DNA of 64,000 nucleotides. Source: Callorhinchus milii. Taxonomy: Eukaryota. The stretch spans positions 60,328,001-60,392,000 of the forward strand of contig NW_024704743.1 in the NCBI RefSeq assembly GCF_018977255.1, written 5' to 3'. Each line of letters begins with the position of its first letter. The stretch's first letter is position 1. The notes under the pieces were generated by a model. The model was not told the DNA's origin. It saw nothing but the letters and a program-made list of their open reading frames with translations, and did not search any database. Positions 1 through 13,500 of the stretch are shown here, one piece after another. Position numbers and translations under genes: made by a program.

Positions 1-1466
1 TTCCCAGGCAACAATTCCCCAAATAAAATTGGTCACTCATCTCATGGCTGTTTGTGGGACATTGCTGTGAGCAAATTGGCTGCCACATTCACGCCCAAAA
101 ACACACATAAAGTCAGGGGATTTCTCTTGCTGTCATGGGGAAAGAATTCCTAAACAATCCTAAAGATTAATCTTGCCTGGGTTTGGTGCTGCTTGTCACA
201 AACCTCAACATACTGCGAAAATCATTGTAGTGTATTAGAAATTTCCAATGAACCTGTACCTAGCTTCTGGAGGCTCATATTTTGACTTTATTATTAATAA
301 GAGCATTTTAAGAGTTATTTTTAATCCACTTCTAGTTCAAAGTGCAGTAAAACACTAATGATCAGTGTATCCTGTAACGCTTTGGGATGTCCTCCTGACA
401 TAAAAGGTCCTATACCAAATGTAACGATTATTGTTTAACTCCTTTTTATCCATGATATTTGTATAAAACTAGACAGCAATTACTTTATAAATATGTGAAT
501 GATAAATCTCTTACTGTAATTCTGCTTCTAAAGTGAAACGTATGAGCTTGATAACAAAGGGTCTGGAAGAGTAAGAAAGTTCTGTTCTAATTAAATTGAG
601 CCCTGGACTTTATCTGGAGTAATGTGTTCAATTGTGGGTATCTGATCTTAGGAAGGACATAGCCATGAAAAGTCTAACCAGCTAAGACCACATAGCAGGC
701 AACTGAGAGAACTGTCTGGCCAGCTTCCCACTGCCTATCCAGCTGGGACAACCCTATCCAGTAAGGCTTTGGCTAGCAGGGTTAACAGGAGTTGAGTGTG
801 AAGAATCCCCGCCACGTGTGACTGGTCTGCCCTTCCAAGTCTTACCGATGTGCCGTGCTGTCCCTATCTCACATAAAATGCAGTTAGAACTCTCATTCAC
901 ACCTTTGTAACATCCCGACTCGACTTCTGAAGTGCACTCCTTCCTACTTCCATCCTCAAGCTCTAGCTCATACACCACCTCTACAACCCACAACCTAACC
1001 TTCACCAAACTCTGCATGCCCATCAACCAGTGCTCGTCACACTCCACAATCTCCCCATGGATTGAATCCAAGTTCTTCATCTATAAAACCCTTCAATCCC
1101 TAACGCACATATCCGTGATCTTCTTCTATCATGGCTCATCATACTCAAGTCAAGTCCCTTGCTCCCTCTGTCCCATCATCAGTAGCTGAGCCTTCAGCAA
1201 CTGCACCCCCATGCTGCGGTCCTCTCTTCACTTTTCTGTCTCACCCTTTTTATCTGTCTTTAAATACCACCTGGAACTGACCTCTTCGACTGTGCCTATG
1301 GTCACCTCCCCTTCCTTCTTTCACTCCACCCTTTGCTTGGAGTCCAACACCATCTCTGTGAATTGCTCCGAGAAATTCGCTTACGTGAAGGGTGCTATAC
1401 AGGTGCAAAGTGCTTTTGTGCTACCTGCAATGTTCAAATGGAAAAGAAAATGAAAAGGACACGTAC

Positions 1467-1584
1467 CTTGGTTCCTTCTTTCGTACTGGAATTTATAATT
1501 TTAATGAACGAGTAGAACAACTGTCGAATTCTGGAATCTCCTACAAATGCTACGTATTGTTTCGTAAGACAGCTCTTTGCTTCA
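1467..1584 (-). CDS. CASD1: CASD1 exon 3 (118 bp)
   Basis: ctcttcccacag|[40 protein letters not shown]|gtacgt. Confidence 0.92.
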
Positions 1585-4500
1585 CTGTGGGAAGAGAAAG
1601 ATGTTCGTTCAATTAAAAAGTAATTCAGAAAACATTTTCATTGGAATAGCAATAACTTACTTTGTGTGAATGTGCACCTTCGTAATCTAGTGATTTCAAA
1701 ATAGTGAACTATCAATGAAATAATATCAACTCAATTTTTAGACTATTGGACCTGGACCTTGACAGCATCAAGATGGCTGGCACATCACAAGTTGTCCTGT
1801 AAAGATCCTCCCACCGCACTGAAAGCTGATGTCTGCTGGATAATAATAATAATAATCCTTGCATTTGATATAGCGCTTTTCACGTCGGGAGGACGTCCCA
1901 AAGCGCTTCACAGAACACACTGTCAAGTGAATTGACTGTATATTTGTGGGCGAACGCGGCAGCCAATTGCGCACAGCAATGGCCCACAAACAGTCGAAGA
2001 TTGAAAATGACCAATTTATTATTGTTTTTGGTTTTGGAGGGATTATTATTAGGCTCTGTGTGGAGTGAGGAAACTTGCCCAAGGTTTCGCCCTCTGCCTG
2101 GAATTGAACTCAGGTCTCTCACTTGCAAAGCGAGTGCTCTAACCACTGAGCTACAGGACTCCATGAGCTTGGATAGCTGATGAGGAAACTCTGAGGCTTT
2201 GGGCAACAAGTACCTGGATCTCCAGGTAAGAGTCTGAGTTTGTGAAATGCCCAAGAACTTTTACCAGCAGTCCAAGTTCGTGAACACACATTCAAATCCA
2301 GCGCCTGGATTCCATCTTGATTTGACGTGCAAAAAGATAAGCAGCTGCTGCTTAAACTCCGCACCTCCAACTGGTACAGCTGTTGCTCAATGGGAAGGGA
2401 TGTGTGCCCAAGGTGCAGACAGGACTTAGGTGCCACCTAGGCCAAAGTCCTAGGTGGCAGATGTTGATAATGACTTGCAGAACTACAATCTTGATTATAA
2501 AATGTTGTTTTAATTAAACTGAGCTGGATCGCAGAACTTCTAAGCGTAACAAGTGTCACAGGGTAGCTGGTATAATACTAGACAAAATGGTATGGGAAAA
2601 TGTCAATATGCTGTGCATTCTATTATGAAGAGTTAAATTGGCCCAAGGCTGATGTGATTAAAATAATCAGGTGGATGAAAAAGTACTGCACTGATCAGCC
2701 TGAAGTACATAACTATGATATAAAGTATGGCTGAGCTACACTTAGTGATGTGAGAGTGAGTCCATTGCTTACTCACCCAGAAGGGCAAAATTCCCAACCC
2801 AGGTTCTGAGATTCAAAAGAGTGCAAAAAGTTGTAAAAGATTCAACTGCAACTATCAACAAGGTTCTCAAACAAAAGCATTTTATCCACTGCCTATGAAC
2901 TTGATATTGTCAGCATGGTGACGGACTATATGTGAGTACAAAAGCAACTGCTTATTGAATTAATGCAAAGCTATACATGTTTTTTGCCTAAGGAATTAAA
3001 TGAGCGATTAAGCATAGAATAAAAACGACTACGATTCCTGTCTTCTCGGGTTCCCGACGTTATACTTCGGCTAAACAGCACAAGCTGGCCAATTCTAGTC
3101 TTTTTTCCCAGGCTAACCTGAGCAGTTAGTTCTACTCTGGACGCACCTTACAAACAAAATACCAGAGATTTAATCTGTACTGTTTAATTCAATTACATCT
3201 TGCAATATACAGAGTTAAATGATTTTCATGTGATCTACTGAAAAATAAAAGTGCAGTGAGCACATTTCAAATGTATTCTTTCAGCAAGTACTTTTAATTC
3301 TACTTTGAAAGAAAGAAGGGGTTAGGCTGGTTGGTGGTTTTGGCCACATCAGCTACTGGAAAAAAAGATTATTTGCACAGTCATATTTGATTTTAACATA
3401 TAAACCCTAAGTAAATGCTAAGCACAGTGGCAAATAATAAACAGGTGGCACATGAAGAAACATCACCTTATTTTGTTCAAATAAATACTTGGGCATTGTT
3501 CATATGAATCTGTCGAATTTTCTTTTGAGATGGCTCCCACCCACTATTCTCTATGTAACATCCTACATTTATCTACACTGCTGTGAACTTATTTAGACCT
3601 TTCACCCGAACTTCTGTGGTTCTCATTGTGACATAAATCAGTCTCCACATGCCCATCAATCCCATCCTCACCCAGTTCCACCAACCCCCATTTTCCAGTG
3701 GATCAATTTTTCAACATTTTCCGATTGCCCTTTGTCCCTTCAAATTTTAATCACCTTTGACTCACCATATCTTTGCAATCTTCTCCAGCCCCATTCTCCC
3801 ACCCACTCCTTTTGTTCTGCAACCATACCACTAGACTGGTTTTGCAAGCTACTGGAATTCACAATGTAGATGACAGAGACACTTACAATAATAGTTATTA
3901 AATATTATGCAGCACAATTCTTTTATATATAAATGTACGTGTAAATAGGGCCTTTCATGTCAGGAGGATGTCTCAAAGAGGTTCACAGTACTGCATGCAC
4001 ACCCAAGCTAGGGTTGGGAACCGAATGGAGTGGGGAAGGGAAAGTTGACTGAAAGTGTGGTCAAGGAGCTACATTTTGAGCCTTGAAAAGGGAGAGGGAG
4101 GGAGCAAGTTGGAGGGACTCTGAGATGGAGTTCCAGAGAGTGGGCACAGAATGGTTGAAAGCCCACTCAGTGACGGTGGGTGGAAGACATAGGGAGAGGA
4201 GTAGGCCATTCAGCCCTTTGAACCTGTTCCGCCATTTAATTAGATCATGGCGCAAGACAGTGTTTATTGAGCATAGGGAGCAGATGGGTTGATCTGATTG
4301 GATGGTGACAGTGTTTTAAGATGAAATATCAAATATCAAAGTCCTGTAGCTAAGTGGAGTCCTGTAGCTCAGTATTTAGAGCGCTCGTCTTGCAAGCGAG
4401 AGGCCTGGGTACAATTCCAAACAGGGTGAAACTTAGGCAAGTTTCCTTACCCCACATGCCTGATAATAAACCCTCAAGAAAAAAAAAACAGTAATAAATT

Positions 4501-7500
4501 GGTCACTTCAATCCAATTTGTGGGACACTGCTGTGCGCAATTGGCTGCTGCGTTTCATCCACAAATATACAGTCAACTCACTTTCCCGTATATTCTGTGA
4601 AGCGCTTTGAGACGTCTAGAAGATGTGAAAAACGCTATATCAAACACAAGGATTATTATTATTTATTTATTAAATACAAGTAAGGCATCTTAACAAAACC
4701 AGAAACGGCCGATTTGAAATGTGTAGTACACAACCGGACAGACATCAAAAAACGTTGCAGACTTGGTAGGAATGCAGCTTTATAGCGCATTAATACAACG
4801 CATTATCACTTCGTTAAGATATCTCATAGCGCTTCATAGCATATATTGTAAAGTTGAGGGAACTGTATCTGCAGAGGTTTATCATATTGCTTGTTTGAAC
4901 AGGAACGCTCTGATATGTGCTATATCAATCGCTATAATGTGGCATTCCTACCAAGTCTACAACATTTTTTGCTGCATGTTTATAAAGTGAGTTCCTGCAT
5001 ATAAAAAAATGCAACTAATGCTTTGTATTGTACAGAATCCTTCATTGTGAGCTCTTGATAATAAGATAGAGAATTATTTAAAAGCACAGGAAAATCATCC
5101 AGTGCATGGAGTGGCAGAGCATTCCTGTTCAAACAAGCAATATGATAAATCTCTGCAGATACAGTTCATGTTTATCGTCCACAAAATAGACAATCCACTT
5201 TACAGTATACTCTGTGAAGCGCTATGAGACATCTCAACAACATGATAATGCACTATATGAAATGCAAGGATTATTATTATGATAATACAAAGAATTCTGC
5301 AGAACGTCAGTTTCCATCTTCAATTTTTTAAATCTTATAATGATTAAAACTTAAATCTAAAGTAGTTTAAATCTTTACCTGCACCAATTCTGCTGGCTAA
5401 GTGAACTTTCCCAGGGTGCCATGTTACACAGCCACTCACCTGATTTTGTATTTGTGCATCATGCAGCCATCGGGCTGCCACACATTTTCACCAAGGAAGC
5501 GACCACTGATAGGAGCCGCTCACAGGTATCCCCACCTGGAGAGAAATTATCACAAATTAGTAAGAAATAAAGCTCCCAAATAATTGTCCATCTTTTACAA
5601 AGAAAAGGTTCAAGGAGCAACAAAGTCTCGAATAATTGATGACTTTACATTAAAAAGGGCTAGAAAAGGTAGAATAACAAATGAAGGATTATTATATGTA
5701 TTATAATATTGCATACCACTCTTCAAGTCACAAATCTATAGTGTGGTGGTGCTGGGAGATGTAAATGTATCTTAGTCTGATTATTTAACCTACACACCAA
5801 GGTGATCCCTTGACCAAAAGGAAGAGGTGTCCACAATCCTCCAAGGCTAATACAGTAAAACTCACATAAGTTGTATCAGTTGGGACCATATCATTTAATT
5901 AGGACTTACACGATGTCCAAATTGGAGGTAACCTGTATAGGTTGTATGAAATTCGGTTTACTTAATAATTTACACTGTGCATGTGTGATTCAATGCAGCC
6001 AGTAAGTGCGTATGCAGTGACGGGTCAAGACTACATTTCCCGCAATTCATTGTGTTTTGACCCGTCGTCACATGTGCAAGCATTGAAATCGCATTAAATT
6101 GTGGGAAATCAAATTCTTTTGTGCAAATGTCGACAGATCAAGACTATGTTTCCATGTAGCCAGCTGGTAAGTGTCAGGATGTCATTTCCCGCTATTCAAT
6201 GTGACCGGTAAATGTGGGACTTATAATGGATAGGGGAGCGACATTACGAGTTAGGAGGTGATTAATACAAGTACTGCAAAGAAATCTAAGCGGAGTCCTG
6301 TAGCTCAGTGGTTAGAGCACTCACTTCGCGAGCGAGAGACCTGAGTTCAATTCCAGACAGAGCGAAACCTTGGGCAAGTTTCCTTACTCCACACACCTAA
6401 TAATAATCCCTCCAAAACAAAACAATAATAAATTGGTCATTTTCAATCCACGACTGTTTGTGGGACACTGTTGTGCACAATTGGCTGCCGCGTTTTGCCC
6501 ACAAATATACAGTCAATTCACTTTACAGTATATTCTGTGAAGCGCTTTGAGACGTCTAGAAGATGTGAAAAGCGCTATATCAAATGCAAGGATTATTATT
6601 ATTATCAGTGTTTTTGATAGGAAACTGAATGTCACTCGGGTGAATGTATGACCTTGGCGATTAAATGATTTAGAAAGATAAGACTTGTAAGTTTTATTAT
6701 ATTCAGATTTGCTTGGGATTTTTTGCATTGTGCTTTTCTTAATTTTCCCTATTGTAACATTCATCTCATTTTCAGAGAACAAGTACTGGCATTAGAAATA
6801 CATTTAGCTGCAAATTCCTGCTTGCTGAACCCAATTACTCCCTCCCCCCCCATTAGTCTGGCTAGCTGGGATTTGGGATTTAAGTGTATGCATTTACAAA
6901 ATACAATCACTGGCCACTCACTTCAGGAATGTACTTCTCTAAGCTTCAGTACAAGTATTTTTTTGAGAGACCTGGCAGCAATATTTGTCCACAAAACGCA
7001 CCGTCGATGCACTTTGCAGTGTATCCTGTGAAGGATTGGGATGCCTTCCTGGTGTGAAAGGCACAGGTAAAGGGTACACAATGAAAAAACCTTTAAAGAG
7101 TAAAGAGAAATATAACCCCCCAAGGACCAAAAAGAGTTAGTGTTTAAATCGATGTTGAGAAACATATTTTAAGGAAGGCAATAATATAATTGCATATTTT
7201 AGTAAGTTCCATTTATGAATTGTCTCCAGTTATTTATTTACAGAGGTAGATACAATCCTAAACCAAGAAAATGGTGAAATAAGCTTCCACTTTTCAATCA
7301 GCAGTCACAAGTGAACTGGAAGGTCCATATCTACCCTCAATATCAGCTTAGTCATATACTTCCTCATTTCTTCAGCTGACGCATATGTTTTGCTTTTGCA
7401 AGTTTGATCGCTGTGTTCATACAGGGGCAAAGTTCACTCTTATGGTTTATATATCAGAATTCTTCAATATATTCCTGGCTTGTAAATAATAAATAATTCT

Positions 7501-10500
7501 TCCATTTGATAGAATGTCTTATCACGTTGAAATATCTCAAAGCACTTCTCAAAGAGTTTTTCCTTAAAATGTATATTTGTACATTGCAGCCAAATGTAAC
7601 AGCCAATGTCCCACAACCAACCATGAAATGAATTACAAATTCTATCTGGAGGATTTTTGGCCAGGACATTGGTAGAAATTCCATTTTCGCTCTGATTAAT
7701 GCCATGGAGTCCTAAAGCTTAGGAACATAGGAACAGAAGTAGGCCATTCAGCCCTTGGAGCCTGTTCCGCCATTTATTTAGATCATGGCTGATCTGTACC
7801 TCAACTAATCCTTTCACTTCCAATTTCACGCTTTTTCCCCATATCCCTGACTACCCTGACCCACCAAGTATCTATCAACCTGATCCTTGAGGGTGTGGAT
7901 GGATCCAGCATCCACGGCCTTTTGGGGGAGAATTCCAGATTTCTTCTACCCTTTGAGTGAAAAAATGCTTCCTGATTTCACTCTTAAATGGCCTGGTTCT
8001 AATTTTAAGACTATGCCCCTTGTTTTGGATTCCCCACCAAAGGAAATAGCTTCTCTGTATCTACCCTATCAAATCCCTTTATCATCTTAAATACCGCAAT
8101 CAAATCGCCCCTCAACCTTCTAAACACAAGGGAATACAATCCAAGTATTCGCAGCCTTTCCTCATAACTTAACCCTTTTAGGCCTGGTAACATTCTGTGG
8201 ACCTGCGCTGCACCCCCTCCAGGGCCAATATATCTTTCCTGAGGGGTGGTGCCCAAAACTGAACGCAGTCTCCAGATGGGGTCGGACTAACTCTCTGTAC
8301 GGCTGAAGCATCATTTCTTCCCCTGTTGTATTCCAGGTCCTTTAAGATAAAAGCCAACATTCCATTCGCCTTTTTGATTACTTTTTGCACATCAGAACGA
8401 GCTTTTAGTGATTTGTGGATATGGACACCCAAATCTCTTTGCTCTCCACAGTTCTTAATTTCTCCCCATTAAGACAATATCCTGTTTTATCTTTTTTTGA
8501 GCCATAGTAGATGACCTTGCACTTCCCTACATTCAACTCCATCTGCCACAGCTTTGCCCACTCACTTAATCTGTCTAAATCCCTTTGTAACTTACTTCTC
8601 CCATCCACACAATTTATTAAGGCCTTCTAGCTTAGTGGCGTCTGCAAACTTAGATATAAAACTTTCGATTCCTTCATCCAAGTCATTTATATATATGGCG
8701 AATAGCTGAGGTCCCAGTACAGACCTCTGGGGGACACCACTTGTAACGTCCCGGCAATCAGAGAACATTCCCTTTATCCCTACTCTTTGTTTCCTGCCTC
8801 CCAACCAATTACCAAGCCACGGCACAAAGCTACGTCCGACTCCATGTGCTTCTATTTTCGCTAATAATCTTTTAACCTTATCATATGCTTTCTGAAAGTC
8901 CATTTAAACAACATCCATAGACACTTCTTTATCCACCATTTTAGTGACCTCCTCAAAAAATTCAACTGGATAAGTCAGACTGACCAACAAACCCATGCTG
9001 ACTCTCTTTGACTCGCTCATACCTGTCCAAATGTTCAGTCACTCTGTCCCTGATGATGGATTCCAGTATTTTTCTCACAAGTGACTTTAAGCTGACAGGT
9101 CTGTCTGTAGTTTCCCTGGTTTCGTTCTGCCTCCCTTCTTAAATAAAGGGGTGACATTCATAATTTTCCAATCTAAGGGCACAATTCCCAAATCTAGTGA
9201 GCTTTGGAAAATTATGACGAATGCATTTGCAATTTCCTCTCCTATTTCCCTTAACACCCTTGGGTGGAAACTATCAGGTCCTGGAGATTTATCTATCTTG
9301 GTGGTTAAAGCACTCTCCTTGCAAGCGAGAGGACCTGGATTTGATTCCCAGGCAGGCCGAAATGGTGGGCAAGTTTCCTTATTCCACACATCTCTGCTTA
9401 CCTGCTATCCACCCTGCTTACCCCCCACTCCACCATTCACTGCCTCCAGCTTCCTGTTTGTCCCTCATCCCTTCCGTTCCGCCATCGGTGGCCGTGCCGT
9501 AGGCCACTACGCCCCGAAACTCTGGAACTCTCTCCCTCAATCTTGCCCCCTCCCTCTCTACCTTCAAATCCCGCCTAAAGACCTTCCTTTTTGATCATGC
9601 TTACGGTCACCTCTCCCCTCGACTCGTTGTCACCGACTCCGTTACTGTGAAGCGCTCCGGGGTGCTATCCCACGTGAAGGACGCTATATAAATGCAAGTT
9701 GTTGTTGTTCTTTGTTTATCTAGCAGTACTTAGAAATCTGGCACTGAATTCATCCAATAGCTCTGTTATGATTTCCAAAAAACTAAAAAAATTAGCCTCA
9801 TCAAGCTCAGTTGCATGATGGAAAATGGATGAGCTCATTCTGCAAGAGGGATGAGTTCAACAGTTGTAGCTTTATGCTGAACCGATCAACATCTCCCATA
9901 AGCTGCAAAATATTCTGATTTCTACCTTGTAGTTAAAGATTGACAATGTTGAGATGGCTTGTTGTGTCTTTTAAGAAAGCCAATAAACATAGGTACGTTG
10001 GATCTTCTAATTCCCCTGCAAACTGTGTGGTGTTGTTCTTTACATGTTCCTTGAGAAATGTAAGTACTTCCTTCCTAAATGCAAAAAAAATGCACAAGGC
10101 AGTTGCGCACACTCAGCCAACGTACTTCTGAATAAATCACAATATTCTGTCCCTAATTCTTCAAGGAAGTTTATGAACTTTCTATGACTCTGCTTGATTT
10201 CATCCATGGATAATACTGATCATTTTGATGACACTAGTCATCACATTACTCATTCTCACTGTTATTCTGCAAAGGGACTCCTGGTGTATAATGCAGAGGC
10301 AGGTAGTACATTCAATTCCATTTTGTTTCAGCAAGCCAACCAAACAGTTTTTACAGCAGGTCATTGATTTTGCATCATCCGTCACGATGCAGGAACACTA
10401 ATGAAATCCACCGTATTTACTGACAGTTGAAGTAAGAAGCTTGTAAATATCCAACCCCTTTATAGCAGTTTTCAGAGGAATTAACTCAAGTCATTCTCCA

Positions 10501-13500
10501 TGGACAACAAAATTTCATGAAAATTAATAGCTGGTTGATATCAGTAACGTTAGTGCTCTCATCTAGAGCTAATGAGAAGTATTTACATTTTTCAACAATT
10601 ATCACTTATTCTCCTTGCCACAGTTTGGTGAAATAGTGCTACACTTTCAAAATTATTGGCCATTTTTTACATTCAACAAATGCACGAGTCAGTATATTTG
10701 TCGTATTTTGTCTTGTGTCGTGTGTTGTAGTACTTTCTGAAGTTGAACTCCTTCAACACAGATATTATTTGCAAGCAAACAAGCCATTGAAAGCTTTTCA
10801 TTATTTTCAATAAACAAGTAATCGATTTTTCACTTCTATCTTCCATTTCCTACGAAGACTTATAGAATCATGGAATTATAGAATTATACAGCACAGGAGG
10901 CCTTTCAGCCCACCGTGTCTGTGTCAACTTTTTGAAAAGAGCTGTCCAAATCAATCTCACTCCCCCACTCTCTCCCCATAGCGCTGTAAACTTATCCTGC
11001 CCAAATAATTATCTACTTCTCTCTTAATAGTTGTTATCGAATCAGCTTCCACCACCCTTTCAGGCAATGCATTCCAGATCCGAACAACTCGCTGTGTGAA
11101 AATATTTCTCCTCACCTCTCCTCTATTTCTTTTAACAACTATTTTAAATTGATGTCCTTGGGTTACTGATCCACCCGCCAGTGGAAATAGTTTCTCCTTG
11201 TTCACCCTATTGAATCCCCTCATAATTTTGAAAACTTCTGTTAAGTCTCATCTTTACCTTCTCTGCTCCAAGGAGAATAATCCTCGCTTCTCTAGCCTCT
11301 CCTCATAACTGAAGTCCCTCATTCCTGGTACCATGCTGATAAATCTCCTTTGCACCTTCTCCAATGCCTTGACATCCTTCCTAAAGTGTGGTGCCCAGAA
11401 CTGAACACAGTACTCCAGCTGAGGCCTAACCAGTGTTTTATAAAGGTTCACAGTCCTGCTGGGCCACGATTCTCGCTGTTTCTCACCAGGTTATGGAAGG
11501 CAGGAGTAGCACGGAACCTGACGGGCTGGGGGGAGCTGGACGAGTCCTCCGGCTCTCTCCCTCTTCCTATCACTCTCCGTGCTGCCTCATGCTGACACAA
11601 CGCGCAAACAGACCAGAAGGTAAGTGCGGCTGGGAGATTTAAAAAAGGTCAAGTAGTGTACTGTATACTAATTGTGCAATACAGTACCAACACTTAGTTC
11701 ATGTCTTTATGAATAGATGCATTCAAATTACCGTTAAGCAGCTGAAGTTGGAATAAGTCATTAAACATGGAGAAAATGCCAGAGGCTCATTGTAACCATT
11801 CTCCCAGCATACAACATGTGACTTTCTGAACACAACAATTTCGATCAAAAAGATCATTGTAGCGAGCAAAAGAGTTATTTCTCAATCATTACAACACTTC
11901 ATCTTAAAACTAATTTAGATTTATGTTATAGTTATACAACTCTGATGCCAAGCATTTTTAATTTGCTCACTGGATGTTTTGTTCCAATAGGCATCCACTA
12001 TCATTTTTCTTCAATGCAAACTCTCTGGGATAAGAATGGCTACTTTGATGATTTTGGATACATTGAGCAAATGGGTGAAACAGAACATTTCACCCATTTA
12101 AATATTTTACTTATTTAAAGATCTAATATAGGTTGCCATATTTATTCAGTTTACAAAGTTTGATGCAAACATTGCTAATGTACATGGGGTGGAGAACTTG
12201 AGTGAACAAACTATACAGAATGTAACAATGAACATAATAGTGATTTACAGAGATTTTAATCTCTATATCATCAGCATTTAGCAAGCTTTCCATCAGGACA
12301 GTATATTACAAAGCCAAGGTGGGGATGGAGACGTGTGATTTGTAATTTTATAATGCCACATCACAATGAAAGTTCGCCAGTATTTTACAGTTTTTACTGT
12401 CAAATATAGCAACTGCTTTTGTTGGCAGTTATTGTCACACAGCAAAGTCCCACATACAGTAATGAGGTAAATGACCAATTTTATCTGGAGGATTGTTGGC
12501 TAGGACACTGGAAAAAGCTGTTTTCCCAATAGTGTTATGAGATTTCTAGCATCCACCTGAACAACAGGTAGACAGGGTCTTCGCTTAACATCTCATCTGA
12601 AACACAGCATCTCTGACAATGTCTCCCCAGCAATATACTGGAGTGCTCATCTTAGCCATAAATTCAAGTCCCTACATGGGGCTTAAACCCACAATCTTCA
12701 ACCTGAGGGTGAAAATGTTACTAGCTACGCCAAGCTGAATTCAGGTAAGGGTGAAAGAGTCCATTTTAAAACTACTCAGTAAGGTCACATACTCCCACCA
12801 ATAGGTATTACTTCATTACACCAAGGACTCTTTCCCTGGTTTTTCAAACTCAATATTACCCTTTCATAGGCACAACGCATAGTGAATTTGGAAATCCCGG
12901 AAGAAGAGATGGCAGAGGCCCAGAGGCCGAGGGCAGTGAAGAGATAACAGAGCAAGCAATAGAACAGAGTTGGAAAAACAAAAAGATTGGCGAGAAATGA
13001 AGTGAAAACCAGCAGAATTTTAAAAAAAAGAAGGAAAATCTTAAAATTGATCCACAAAAAAAATCTTAAAATTGATCCACTGATAGTGGAAGCCAATGAA
13101 GCATGTGATGATGTGGGTAATGGGGGTGCAAAGCTTTGTTCAGGAGACACCTTGGGCCGCAGAGTTCTAGAGAGTGAAGCTCGGGAGGCTGGCAAAGAAA
13201 AGCACTAGAAGTCAAGACTTAGGGTGATAAAGACATAAACGAAAGATCCAGCAGCATTGTGGCGAGGCAATAAAAGTGGGCAATATTCTAGAGGTACAAC
13301 AAATTCCTGGTGATAGTCTGGATGTGGGGACCCCATAATAATAATCCTTGCATTTGATATAGCACTTTTCACGTCTCAAAGCGCTTCACAGAATATCGTG
13401 TAAAGTGAACTGATTGTAAATTTGTGGACGAAACGCAGCAGCTAATTGCGCACAGCAGTGTCCCACAAACAGTCGTGGACTGAAGTAACCAATTTTATTA

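Noticed and set aside
6293..6365. tRNA-Ala-like genes (also at about 2090-2160, 4357, 9301, 13560 and 15345)
   Set aside because: They are SINE heads: no proper acceptor stem or terminator, and each continues into a SINE body or tail.
13035..13080. 21-bp direct repeat AAAATCTTAAAATTGATCCAC x2 and the surrounding 73-136-aa ORFs
   Set aside because: Simple local slippage duplication; the ORFs show no recognisable homology or splice support.
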